The notes under the pieces were generated by a model. It did not search any database. It saw only the letters and a list, made by a program, of their open reading frames with translations, and was not told where the DNA came from. Shown here one piece after another: positions 27,943 through 35,641 of a DNA stretch of 42,508 nucleotides (positions within the stretch are counted from its first letter, which is position 1; each line of letters starts with the position of its first letter). The stretch covers positions 1 to 42,508 of IMG/VR virus record IMGVR_UViG_3300024275_000013, one strand, 5' to 3'. The DNA is from a virus (lineage: Duplodnaviria; Caudoviricetes). Made by a program: the position numbers and the translations under genes.

Positions 27943-28353
27943 ATGGTCCCATGTGTCCGCGTCAAAGACGGCGTGAGAATCGATCCGCTGACACCGGCTT
28001 TAGCGCGGATTCTCTCCGCGTTGGATATCGCGGCACGCTGGCGCGGGCATGATTTGACCATCACCTGTGGACGCGAAGGACATCCGGCCGGCGACCCGCA
28101 CACCGTTGGACGAGCCGTGGACGTGCGCGTGCTCGATCTCTCTCCGGATGCGACGGTAAAGTTTTACCAATACATCCGGTCGCTACTCGGCGATCTATTC
28201 ACCGTGCTCTACGAAACGCCGATCCAACCTACCTATCCCGCATTGCAGAACATCGCCTATCTCAACACGAAGGCAACCGCGGCACATTTCCATATTCAAC
28301 TCGCCAAAGGGCAAGCCGACTATCCGCCGAAAGAGGCGGCGGTGCCCGCGTGA
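27943..28353 (+). CDS. Endolysin candidate, M15-family Zn peptidase
   Basis: 'LTITCG...H(TVGRAV)D' H-x6-D and C-terminal 'HFHIQ' H-x-H zinc ligands. Confidence 0.78.
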   Translation: MVPCVRVKDGVRIDPLTPALARILSALDIAARWRGHDLTITCGREGHPAGDPHTVGRAVDVRVLDLSPDATVKFYQYIRSLLGDLFTVLYETPIQPTYPALQNIAYLNTKATAAHFHIQLAKGQADYPPKEAAVPA

Positions 28354-28715
28354 TGGACGCGGCAGCAGCGGGAATATGGGCGATTGGCATCACGAACGCG
28401 GCCACCTTAGCAACCATCATTGTGCGCGATCTGTTAGCCAGTGCGCGTGAGAAACGCCGACGCCAATATGAACTTGAAGACCGGAAAGTCATCGCGTCGA
28501 AATTGGATATCCATGATGCGTGGGAACGCGACGAACGCCGCGTGAGCGAAGCAAATCAGGGACATATCGCCTTAGCGTTAGCGAAGAATACCGAACTCAC
28601 ACAGCATGCGGCCAATGCCGCGCACAGCGCCTACCAAGAGGCGAACAGCGTGAATCAGAAGATCGTCTCGTTGGGGATCAAGATCGCAGACGTAGAAAAG
28701 GGGCAAGCAGAATGA
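28350..28715 (+). CDS. Membrane protein of the lysis cassette (holin-like)
   Basis: N-terminal hydrophobic helix and helical tail; adjacent to the endolysin. Confidence 0.5.
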   Translation: MMDAAAAGIWAIGITNAATLATIIVRDLLASAREKRRRQYELEDRKVIASKLDIHDAWERDERRVSEANQGHIALALAKNTELTQHAANAAHSAYQEANSVNQKIVSLGIKIADVEKGQAE

Positions 28716-28987
28716 AGTGTGCAGTGATTCGATTGGATACCGGGCTCCCCTTCATCCCAGATGCGATTCTGATGACCAATGCCGACGGCTCAGTGAGCTT
28801 TGAAACGGCTGGCGGATGGGCCGGACAAGAGCCGAACGTCTACGGCCTGCGGCATCCTGACCAGCCGATCAGTCAATCACCAGGAGCCTACCAGCGCGCC
28901 ACGCTCTCAGGCTCCACGGTCGTCTTCGTCACACGGCCACAGGATGCGCCGATGGTCTATCTGATTGGACAGGGGAAGGCTTACTGA
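28712..28987 (+). CDS. Small beta-rich protein, possible carbohydrate-binding module
   Basis: ATGA overlap at 28712; 'NADGSVSF...PGAYQRATLSG'. Confidence 0.5.
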   Translation: MKCAVIRLDTGLPFIPDAILMTNADGSVSFETAGGWAGQEPNVYGLRHPDQPISQSPGAYQRATLSGSTVVFVTRPQDAPMVYLIGQGKAY

Positions 28988-29060
28988 TCTGCGGGGAGCC
29001 TTCTCAGGCATCAATCAGAGTTGGCGATGGCATTCAACCCGTATGCAGGAAACATGAAGT

Positions 29061-29194
29061 GCTCTCTGGCCGGGCTTGATACCGGCTGCAGTCATCAACG
29101 TGGAAGGTGGCCCGTCAAGGCTCCAGTTTCCAAGGGGCACCCGCAGGAGCCCGCATCTCCAAAGATGAGCGTGTCCTTCCACGCCGCAGAGAGC
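29061..29194 (-). ncRNA. tRNA-like structured RNA, antisense to the lysis operon
   Basis: 8-bp terminal stem GCUCUCUG/CAGAGAGC abutting a 5-bp T-arm-like GCCGG-UAUCAAGC-CCGGC; D-arm-like CGUG-GAAGGA-CACG; two internal hairpins; promoter placed to start at 29194. Confidence 0.65.
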
Positions 29195-29200
29195 GAAGGC

Positions 29201-29229
29201 ATTTTAGCATGAGCGCCGCTGCCTGTCTC
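29201..29229 (-). promoter_or_regulatory. Promoter for the antisense tRNA-like RNA
   Basis: Minus strand GAGACA, 17 bp, TAAAAT with extended TG; the -10 ends 6 nt before the first base of the terminal stem. Confidence 0.6.
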
Positions 29230-30117
29230 GCGGCGATGTCCAGCCAAGCCGTTAAAGCGCCAGTCGCGCCGCGCCTCTATCGTGGCGACATGGGTGTCTT
29301 CATCGATGGTGCGCCTGATGTCGGCGCGGGCGGTGCGCCAAATCTCGTGCTCTCGTTCATGTATCCGCGCTATCCGCCAGAGTTTCGCGCCGTGATCCGC
29401 AGCGTCTGGAAGCAGCGGCAGTCCCTCGACGTGCTGTTGTCGTGGCAGGACGATGCCGCTTACGGAATTACGCTCGGCCAGATCATCGCCATTCGGCAGG
29501 AGCTGTGCGCGGATGGTTTCCGACCCTGCGAGTGGATGGCGTCCAAGGTCTACATGCCACGCGATGATGCGGCTGGCACGTTGCAGATCATGGAGCCGAC
29601 ACTGGCGGCGTTTCTCAGTGCTGATTGCATCTCCCGCTATTGCGTCGGCGGCGAACTTGACCTATGGAACACCTACGACTCGCTACAGGCCATCACCGAC
29701 GCGATCGCGCCGCGAATCAACGGCATCGGGCGCACGCTTGCCGTGCATTTCTCCACAAATCGCGCCGACTGGCGACCGGATCATCCGGGCTCAACGTTCG
29801 CGGACTACTGGAACCCGAATCAAGGCAAACTCTCCGCGCTCTGGTTTCAGGCCGACTCAGAAGCGAGCGATGCCAATCTCCAAGCGGAGATGGTCCCGAT
29901 CCTCGAGCGCTTCGCAGGCAATGACGGCGTGGTGTCTGACTCCGGATTCGGCCATCCGTTCGATTGTCACGCGGTCGAAATCAGCCTCCAGAAGATGTTT
30001 GACGGCGGAATGGATCAAGCCGAGTGCGACCGACGCGGACGCGTAGAGCTCGCCACGCCAGCCCAAGGCGGGCCGGCTGGAATGGTGTCGGTAATGGGAA
30101 GCGGAAACGGACAGTAA
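29209..30117 (+). CDS. Hypothetical enzyme, possibly a TIM-barrel glycoside hydrolase
   Basis: 302 aa alternating alpha/beta; 'YCVGGELD' and 'HAVEIS' could supply two catalytic Glu; family not recognised. Confidence 0.45.
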   Translation: MSAAACLAAMSSQAVKAPVAPRLYRGDMGVFIDGAPDVGAGGAPNLVLSFMYPRYPPEFRAVIRSVWKQRQSLDVLLSWQDDAAYGITLGQIIAIRQELCADGFRPCEWMASKVYMPRDDAAGTLQIMEPTLAAFLSADCISRYCVGGELDLWNTYDSLQAITDAIAPRINGIGRTLAVHFSTNRADWRPDHPGSTFADYWNPNQGKLSALWFQADSEASDANLQAEMVPILERFAGNDGVVSDSGFGHPFDCHAVEISLQKMFDGGMDQAECDRRGRVELATPAQGGPAGMVSVMGSGNGQ

Positions 30118-30120
30118 ATT

Positions 30121-30795
30121 ATGAAAGACTTCTGGCGCGCAGAACCGACTCTGATCCTCGCGTTTGTGCAAGCGGCGCTGGCGTGTGGCATGGGCTTCGG
30201 TTTACCGATTACCCCGCAACAGATGGCGCTGATCCTGACCTTGAGCGGCACGCTATTGGCGCTCATTAACCGGGCTCAGGTGACATCACCAGCCACACTC
30301 CAGGCCATGACACCCAAGGCACTCGCCGCGGCACAGGACACAGCCGAGCCCGTTAAGGACGTGGTGAAGAAGCTGCCGGTGGTGCTACTAGCGTGTCTGC
30401 TAGCCGGCGCGTCGATGGCGTGCGGTGGCGCTCGGCATATCGCCGTGGTCGCTGATGCCACGTTTGCACAAGCCGTGTTCGCCGTGGATGACGCGGAATA
30501 CAAAGCCTGTCAGACGCATGTGCCGCCGTTTACGGTGGAAGTCTGCACAGCTGCCGATCCAAAGATTAAGCAGGCGTTGCTCGACGTGAAGGCCGTTACG
30601 CAGGCGCTGATCGTCTCGCCGAAATCCGGCACGCTGCCGAAAGACTTCCCGAGCCTGATTAAGAATCTCACCGAAGTGCAGGCGATGATTAGTCCGCTGT
30701 CGCCGAGCGTGGTCAAAGCCGACGTGGCCGCGAAGATTCAGCAGGCCTTAGCGCAAGCCGTAGCGATTCTCTCGGCCTTTGCAGGAGTCAAGTAA
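30121..30795 (+). CDS. Holin-like N-terminus fused to a lipoprotein-like domain
   Basis: 'AEP...two TM...RAQVTSP' holin-like part; internal 'KKLPVVLLACLLAGASMAC' signal peptide and lipobox. Confidence 0.6.
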   Translation: MKDFWRAEPTLILAFVQAALACGMGFGLPITPQQMALILTLSGTLLALINRAQVTSPATLQAMTPKALAAAQDTAEPVKDVVKKLPVVLLACLLAGASMACGGARHIAVVADATFAQAVFAVDDAEYKACQTHVPPFTVEVCTAADPKIKQALLDVKAVTQALIVSPKSGTLPKDFPSLIKNLTEVQAMISPLSPSVVKADVAAKIQQALAQAVAILSAFAGVK

Positions 30796-30954
30796 ATGCT
30801 GGACCCACGGATCGAGATGGCCGCGTTCCTGATCAATCTCGGACTCACCACGGCAGCGAAGGTGAAAGAACTCTTCGCGTCAGAAGGTCACGACGATGAG
30901 ACGCTCGCGGCGATCATGGCCGAAGTGGATCAACGGCTAGCGCGGCGAGGTTGA
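30796..30954 (+). CDS. Small hypothetical protein (52 aa; not in the ORF track)
   Basis: AGGAG SD; ATG immediately after the upstream TAA. Confidence 0.55.
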   Translation: MLDPRIEMAAFLINLGLTTAAKVKELFASEGHDDETLAAIMAEVDQRLARRG

Positions 30955-31280
30955 AGGCACGTCTGCTGCACGATACTCACGATGACGCCGACCATTAACG
31001 CCTCCCACCACGATATCCGCCCGTGCAGTCGAATCATTATGTCTAGGCAGAAGATCGCGGCATAACCGCTCAGTCGCTGTGTCCATGTCATGCCGTCAAA
31101 GGCCAGATGCTTCGGCGTGAGTCCGTGCATCCGCTGTTGACGGTCATGCCATATCTGCATGTCGGGATGCGGAGCGAATAGCCCGTCATAGCACGGCTGA
31201 CAGAGACTGTGCGACACCGCTAAAGGCTCTCCGGGTTTCTCGCCCATCGGCTTCTGACACCACGCGCAGATCACGATCAT
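30930..31280 (-). CDS. Hypothetical protein with a 'CAWC...SHSLC..C' zinc motif
   Basis: GGAG SD, ATGA overlap; hydrophobic C-terminus. Confidence 0.55.
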   Translation of the reverse strand: MIVICAWCQKPMGEKPGEPLAVSHSLCQPCYDGLFAPHPDMQIWHDRQQRMHGLTPKHLAFDGMTWTQRLSGYAAIFCLDIMIRLHGRISWWEALMVGVIVSIVQQTCLQPRRASR

Positions 31281-31639
31281 CGTGCGACTCCGTGATTGTG
31301 CGCCGCGACTCCCCATGTAATCGATCCGTCGATGTAGCCGAGCGCCTTCGCCGCCTTTGGATGTCCCAACTTATCTAGTAGTTGCATCATCACCGCGATC
31401 CCGACCGTGCCCACGATCTTGACCGCGGTTATCTTGCCGATCCCGTCATTCTTCCAGAGCGGGTTATTTTCGTGTGCGCCGTGGGCGAGCGCGTCATGGG
31501 TCGTCCACAGATCCGCCGCGTTCCCGCTGACCATCACGATGTAGGGCGCGAGGTTGGTAAAGGTGTGCGGCTTCGGCTCCTGCGCCTGAGCGGACGCCGA
31601 AATCAGGAATACGGCAACGACGAATGTCAGTGTTTTCAT
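31277..31639 (-). CDS. Secreted/membrane protein (DUF5658-like)
   Basis: Signal peptide, then 'ADLWTT..AL..GAHENNPL' and TM helices. Confidence 0.65.
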   Translation of the reverse strand: MKTLTFVVAVFLISASAQAQEPKPHTFTNLAPYIVMVSGNAADLWTTHDALAHGAHENNPLWKNDGIGKITAVKIVGTVGIAVMMQLLDKLGHPKAAKALGYIDGSITWGVAAHNHGVAR

Positions 31640-31645
31640 ACCCCT

Positions 31646-31696
31646 AGTAGAGCATGAAACGGGGCGCTTGACAAGCATTTCGTGGTGTGGTTTAAT
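31646..31696. promoter_or_regulatory. Divergent promoter pair sharing a palindromic -35 (GCTTGACAAGC)
   Basis: + strand: TTGACA-17-TTTAAT-6-ATG; - strand: TTGTCA-17-TCTACT-6-ATG. Confidence 0.65.
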
Positions 31697-31702
31697 CCGC
31701 GC

Positions 31703-31873
31703 ATGGTTACTTACGAACTGCCCAACGGCGAACGGTTCCAGGTGGATTATTCCCTGAGCCGCGGCGCGTATTTCATCAGCTTCACGCTCAAGGGCGGCAA
31801 GGTGATCGACGTGCCCCGCGTCTCCACCGCTGACGAGGTGTTCGTCGCCTATCTGGAATGGAAGAACCGCTAA
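31703..31873 (+). CDS. Small hypothetical protein (leaderless)
   Basis: ATG 6 nt after the -10; TAATG overlap with the next gene. Confidence 0.55.
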   Translation: MVTYELPNGERFQVDYSLSRGAYFISFTLKGGKVIDVPRVSTADEVFVAYLEWKNR

Positions 31874-32070
31874 TGGCGATCCGAGAAGCCGATCCACAGG
31901 AAGTGCTCAGACAGTTTGTGACGAAGTGCGGCGGTCAGAAGGCGGCATCCGTGAAGCTCGGATGCTCCCCGCAATTCGTCGGTCAGATGTATCACGGTCA
32001 GCGGCGCGTGCCTGATGCGATGCTTGAAACGCTCGGCTTGCGACGACCCGTGATAGCGGCGAAATCGTGA
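31873..32070 (+). CDS. Cro-like HTH transcription regulator
   Basis: 'GGQKAASVKLGCSPQFVGQMYHGQRRVP...LGL' HTH pattern. Confidence 0.75.
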   Translation: MAIREADPQEVLRQFVTKCGGQKAASVKLGCSPQFVGQMYHGQRRVPDAMLETLGLRRPVIAAKS

Positions 32071-32318
32071 CGCGGGAGTCCAACAGTTACCGTGACCTAG
32101 CTGGGAGCTTCGACACACGGTAACGAGTCGTATCAGTAGAGAGAGCGTCTCGCTTCCGCGTCACGATGCGAGATTCTTCGACGGGACAGCTAAGGTCGAA
32201 TCCGGCAGGGAAGTCCCGACCCGCCGCCGGCGGAAGTGGTGAACGCGGTAATCGCGGCATGAGAACGCCAGAAGTCAGTAGCACCACAGATTAGGCGTGA
32301 CAGGTCGGAGAGACGGCC
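32064..32318 (+). ncRNA. Multi-stem structured RNA / leader
   Basis: 15-bp stem 32064-32078/32153-32167 enclosing a 9-bp stem 32086-32094/32116-32124, plus several further stems in a gene-free gap. Confidence 0.6.
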
Positions 32319-32337
32319 AACTTTCAAAGGAGCAGTC

Positions 32338-32520
32338 ATGGTGAAGTCATTCGAGGAACTGAAGGCCGTTGCTGAGCGTGTCTATTTGCAGGTCCGCGAT
32401 GAAGATCGGGACCATGCCACGCTCACGATTCTGGAAGCGCTGACCCGCGAATACTGCGACGGGCAGAAGCGGATGCTGGACGAGGTGGAGATTCAGTTGC
32501 TCACGCGGGGGCTGGTCTAA
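32338..32520 (+). CDS. Hypothetical protein
   Basis: AAGGAG SD. Confidence 0.6.
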   Translation: MVKSFEELKAVAERVYLQVRDEDRDHATLTILEALTREYCDGQKRMLDEVEIQLLTRGLV

Positions 32521-32792
32521 TGGACACTGACGGCCTCTACGACACGTCAGAGCCGCAACTGTCCAACCGGATCGCCCGGTTCAAAGAGCGTATGCGGCGC
32601 ATACCAGAAAGCCCTCTTGACCGCGCCGCGCAATCGGTCATGAATGCGGTGGAGGATTTGAACCTCTGCATGCACACCGCGAAATCGCCGAAAGAATTAC
32701 GACAGGTGCGTGTCATCGCTGAGGCCGTGATCTCGCAATTGGAAATCACGTCCTCGGTCGCGCTGACGTTGGATCAGAACTGGAACCGCTGA
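32520..32792 (+). CDS. Hypothetical protein
   Basis: TAATG overlap. Confidence 0.55.
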   Translation: MDTDGLYDTSEPQLSNRIARFKERMRRIPESPLDRAAQSVMNAVEDLNLCMHTAKSPKELRQVRVIAEAVISQLEITSSVALTLDQNWNR

Positions 32793-32881
32793 TGCAGATG
32801 CTTTATACGTCGTTCTGGCAGGATGCGTTAGCCGCGCTCGCATTGCTGCTGCTCTTTGTCGTGCTGGCGCTGGTGTTCTGA
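32792..32881 (+). CDS. 29-aa hydrophobic peptide (not in the ORF track)
   Basis: MQMLYTSFWQDALAALALLLLFVVLALVF; TGATG overlaps at both ends. Confidence 0.55.
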   Translation: MQMLYTSFWQDALAALALLLLFVVLALVF

Positions 32882-33156
32882 TGCCGATAACCTTGGTCCG
32901 CGTGTTCAAGGTCACGTCATGCGCGACGGCCAATCCGGATGTGCAGCAGCATTGGATCGACGCGGAGACGGTAGACATTCCGCCACGGCTTGAACAGTTC
33001 GTGACGCTCAACGCGCTCCGCGCTTCGCTCTGTCAAAATGTCGCCGGAACATCCTCGCTGGTGTGGCTCACATGGCGCGATGGCCGAGCACGGACGAAGG
33101 ATGTCGTTCACGCAGAATTGGATGGGACCGCATGGCAGCATCAAGCCTCGCGCTAA
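32881..33156 (+). CDS. Hypothetical protein
   Basis: TGATG overlap. Confidence 0.5.
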   Translation: MPITLVRVFKVTSCATANPDVQQHWIDAETVDIPPRLEQFVTLNALRASLCQNVAGTSSLVWLTWRDGRARTKDVVHAELDGTAWQHQASR

Positions 33157-33422
33157 CATATCCGGTCATGCTGTCGCTGAATCTCGCGCACGATGATTCA
33201 GGCATTCGGGAATACATCCGGCTCAATGCCACGTTGCCGATGAAGGTCCAGAAAGTGATCTGCGAGGACTCCAGGTATGCGAATAAGACGTATGCCGATT
33301 GGGTCAATCTCAAGATTCGCAAAGGATTACCATGCGGCGGCGGGTGGTCGGAACGCTATGTGCCGATTCGTCATTGGGAAGCTCGGCTCTTGGCTTCCGG
33401 CTCTCCAGAGGGCCAGAAATGA
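33132..33422 (+). CDS. Hypothetical protein ending in the junction peptide SGSPEGQK
   Basis: Start uncertain (33132 or 33168); ATGA overlap with the next gene. Confidence 0.45.
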   Translation: MAASSLALTYPVMLSLNLAHDDSGIREYIRLNATLPMKVQKVICEDSRYANKTYADWVNLKIRKGLPCGGGWSERYVPIRHWEARLLASGSPEGQK

Positions 33423-33637
33423 ACAACAACAGGACGATACAGACCAATAGCGGTCTGCGGCTTGAGCGTGAGCGGAGCAATCAGCGCACGTTCGATGTCA
33501 TTAGGGATGGCGTTTGGCAGGCGCGAATCGTGGTCGATCCACTAGTCGGCATCATCGTGCGTGCAGGTGGTTTAACGGCGACCGACAAGCGCGAGATTAG
33601 CACGCTCAATGACTTCCCGTTTATGTCGGGCTCTTAG
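33419..33637 (+). CDS. Hypothetical protein
   Basis: ATG 33419 after the repeat-borne GAGGG SD. Confidence 0.5.
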   Translation: MNNNRTIQTNSGLRLERERSNQRTFDVIRDGVWQARIVVDPLVGIIVRAGGLTATDKREISTLNDFPFMSGS

Positions 33638-33648
33638 AGGGCCACTAG

Positions 33649-34068
33649 ATGGCAAACCAGACACTGATTCTGACGGTCGGACTGCCGCGTAGCGGAAAGA
33701 CGACGTGGGCGCGTCAGCAGGGCCATCCGATCGTGAATCCTGACTCGATTCGTCTCGCGCTGCACGGCCAGCGGTTTCAGTTGGAAGCCGAGCCGATGGT
33801 GTGGGCGATTGCGCGCTACATGGTCAAGGCGCTGTTCCTCGCCGGCCATCACACGGTGATTCTCGATGCGACGAACACGACCGAGATGCGCCGCCGCGAG
33901 TGGAACGACCGCGATTGGGTGACGGTGCTGCATGTGGTGCCGACGAGCCGCGATGAGTGCGTGCGCCGTGCTCTCGATCAGGACGACCTCTACATAGTTC
34001 CCGTCATTGACCGGATGGCGGCTCAGATCGAATGGCCGGCTCACTCAGGCGCTCCAGAGGGCCAATAG
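33649..34068 (+). CDS. P-loop kinase, T4 PNK kinase-domain / AAA_33-like
   Basis: 'LTVGLPRSGKTT', 'NPDSIR' (DxxR), 'VILDATN', 'ECVRR'. Confidence 0.85.
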   Translation: MANQTLILTVGLPRSGKTTWARQQGHPIVNPDSIRLALHGQRFQLEAEPMVWAIARYMVKALFLAGHHTVILDATNTTEMRRREWNDRDWVTVLHVVPTSRDECVRRALDQDDLYIVPVIDRMAAQIEWPAHSGAPEGQ

Positions 34069-34410
34069 ATGGCACACACACCAGGACCGTGGAAAGTGAT
34101 GGACGCGCTCCGCACGCACATCTTTACCGAAGGTGACGCCTACGGACGCGGGCCGATGTTCGTCGCGGAAGTGCGCGGCTGGGGACATCTGACCGGCACA
34201 GGCGGCGGCTGCGCGATGGACTACGAGAAGGCGGCGGAAATTCAGGACGCGAACGCGACACTGATCGCGGCGGCTCCTGATCTGCTCGCGGTGCTGCTCC
34301 GTGTGCGCGATGAGCTTCCCCGCGCTGAACTGGATTACTCAACGTTGGCTGATGCGATCGACGCGGCGATTGCTAAGGCTCACTCAGGCGCTCCAGAGGG
34401 CGGGCACTGA
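34069..34410 (+). CDS. Phage 'HTPGPW...ANATLIAAAPDLL' family protein
   Basis: Both motifs of this common phage accessory family are present. Confidence 0.7.
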   Translation: MAHTPGPWKVMDALRTHIFTEGDAYGRGPMFVAEVRGWGHLTGTGGGCAMDYEKAAEIQDANATLIAAAPDLLAVLLRVRDELPRAELDYSTLADAIDAAIAKAHSGAPEGGH

Positions 34411-34847
34411 TGGATCGCGCTGAATTGACCGTTGAACGCTACATCTCACGGCGCAAGCCTAAAGGACCGACGGCGAGAGCGCGGGCTAAACGGAAGCACC
34501 AGAACGCGAAAGGCGTTGGTGAAATCCGCGATTACGTGTTCGCCCGTGAGCGGAGCGTCTGCCGCTGCTGTCGGAAGCGCCGCGCCGAGTCCATGCACGA
34601 AATCGTCTTTCGGAGCCAGGGCGGCAAGGTCAGCAAGAAGAACAGCATCGCGGTTTGCGGCGACGGGGTGCGCGGCTGTCACGGGCTGATGCAACGCCAC
34701 GAAATCAGCGTCACGTCGTATCCGCTCGGCGCGGAAGGCGCACTGTCGTTCTGGCCGAGAACCGGCGCGGCGGTGGACTGGCTGGCCGTCAAAGAGCACG
34801 AGCGGATCGAATCGCCCGTCATGCAGGAAATGGAGATGGCCGAGTGA
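34410..34847 (+). CDS. HNH endonuclease
   Basis: 'VFARE...CRCC...MHEIVFRSQGG...NSIAVC...CH'. Confidence 0.75.
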   Translation: MDRAELTVERYISRRKPKGPTARARAKRKHQNAKGVGEIRDYVFARERSVCRCCRKRRAESMHEIVFRSQGGKVSKKNSIAVCGDGVRGCHGLMQRHEISVTSYPLGAEGALSFWPRTGAAVDWLAVKEHERIESPVMQEMEMAE

Positions 34848-35017
34848 AGCTGTTCCGCTGGCGACGGCCCGATCTAGTTTCGGATCAGTGGCTCAAGGAG
34901 CAGCAGCGGCGGGAGAGCCGGATCGAGTTTCACGGGGTCAGTATCCGGTGGCCGATTCGGAAAGTGTTCGATGAAAACTCAACGTGGAACAACGCGAAAC
35001 TAAAGAGGAGAGCGTAG
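34844..35017 (+). CDS. Small hypothetical protein
   Basis: GTGA overlap; GGAG SD. Confidence 0.45.
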   Translation: MKLFRWRRPDLVSDQWLKEQQRRESRIEFHGVSIRWPIRKVFDENSTWNNAKLKRRA

Positions 35018-35359
35018 ATGGAGTATTCACAGACGAGCGTGGCAAGCGGTGGCGGCGTGGGCTCAACGATCATGTATCCATCCGGCCAGTTAGGTCCCAC
35101 CACAAAGCTGGGGCTGGAGTCGGCGCACGCGGAATTGCGCGGCGGCATTGAGGAACTGTCCAAGCGGCTGCACTCGCTGGAAGCGCGGCTGAATCCGATC
35201 CTTTCGCCCGCCCCGCCATCTCAGATTGCGGGTGAGCAGACGGCAGACGCGCCAGAGCCGTCGCGATCATCAACGTTGGTCGCGGTGATCAGCGCGCAGC
35301 GGGCCGTGAGCGGCATCAACCAGCACATCGAACGCATTCTCAGTCGTATCGAACTGTGA
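35018..35359 (+). CDS. Hypothetical coiled-coil protein
   Basis: GAGGAG SD; 'LEARLNPIL...ILSRIEL'. Confidence 0.6.
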   Translation: MEYSQTSVASGGGVGSTIMYPSGQLGPTTKLGLESAHAELRGGIEELSKRLHSLEARLNPILSPAPPSQIAGEQTADAPEPSRSSTLVAVISAQRAVSGINQHIERILSRIEL

Positions 35360-35423
35360 TGACTCGTTCTCAGTTCCCGTTCTCGGATCGCTGGCGACGG
35401 GTGAAGGACTAAAGGAGGCAGAG

Positions 35424-35630
35424 ATGGGATGGGCAGAGCGTGCGAACACGAAGAGTTATGACGCCCCGAAGCAGGCGAAGAAGCGCGAGCATTTCAAGCG
35501 GCCCGAATTCAAGGCGCAGTGGGCGCAGTTCAGCGAGCGCGTTGGCGTTCACATGCCGTCAAAGCGAATCCGTCAGCGCGCAGTCAAGGCTATCAAGCGC
35601 ATCTTTCGCTATCGGCGGCGCGTCGCGTGA
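35424..35630 (+). CDS. Basic hypothetical protein
   Basis: AAGGAGG SD. Confidence 0.6.
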   Translation: MGWAERANTKSYDAPKQAKKREHFKRPEFKAQWAQFSERVGVHMPSKRIRQRAVKAIKRIFRYRRRVA

Positions 35631-35641
35631 AGGATTAGATC

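Larger units (their letters stand above)
33392..34401 (+). repeat. Junction repeat family A (TCnGGCkCTCCAGAGGGC), 4 copies
   Basis: Perfect 25-mer GGCTCACTCAGGCGCTCCAGAGGGC at 34038-34062 and 34377-34401; degenerate copies at about 33392-33413 and 33626-33643. Confidence 0.85.

Noticed and set aside
29061-29194. Canonical tRNA or tmRNA gene
   Set aside because: No 7-nt anticodon loop, no TTCRA T-loop, no CCA, and too short for tmRNA; reported as a tRNA-like ncRNA instead
29021-29212. 63-aa + strand ORF and the upstream extension of ORF 29107
   Set aside because: They overlap the structured antisense RNA, lack an SD and do not look protein-like
32180-32220. GTCGAATCC resembling a tRNA T-loop
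   Set aside because: Flanks do not form a T-stem or cloverleaf; treated as part of the larger structured RNA
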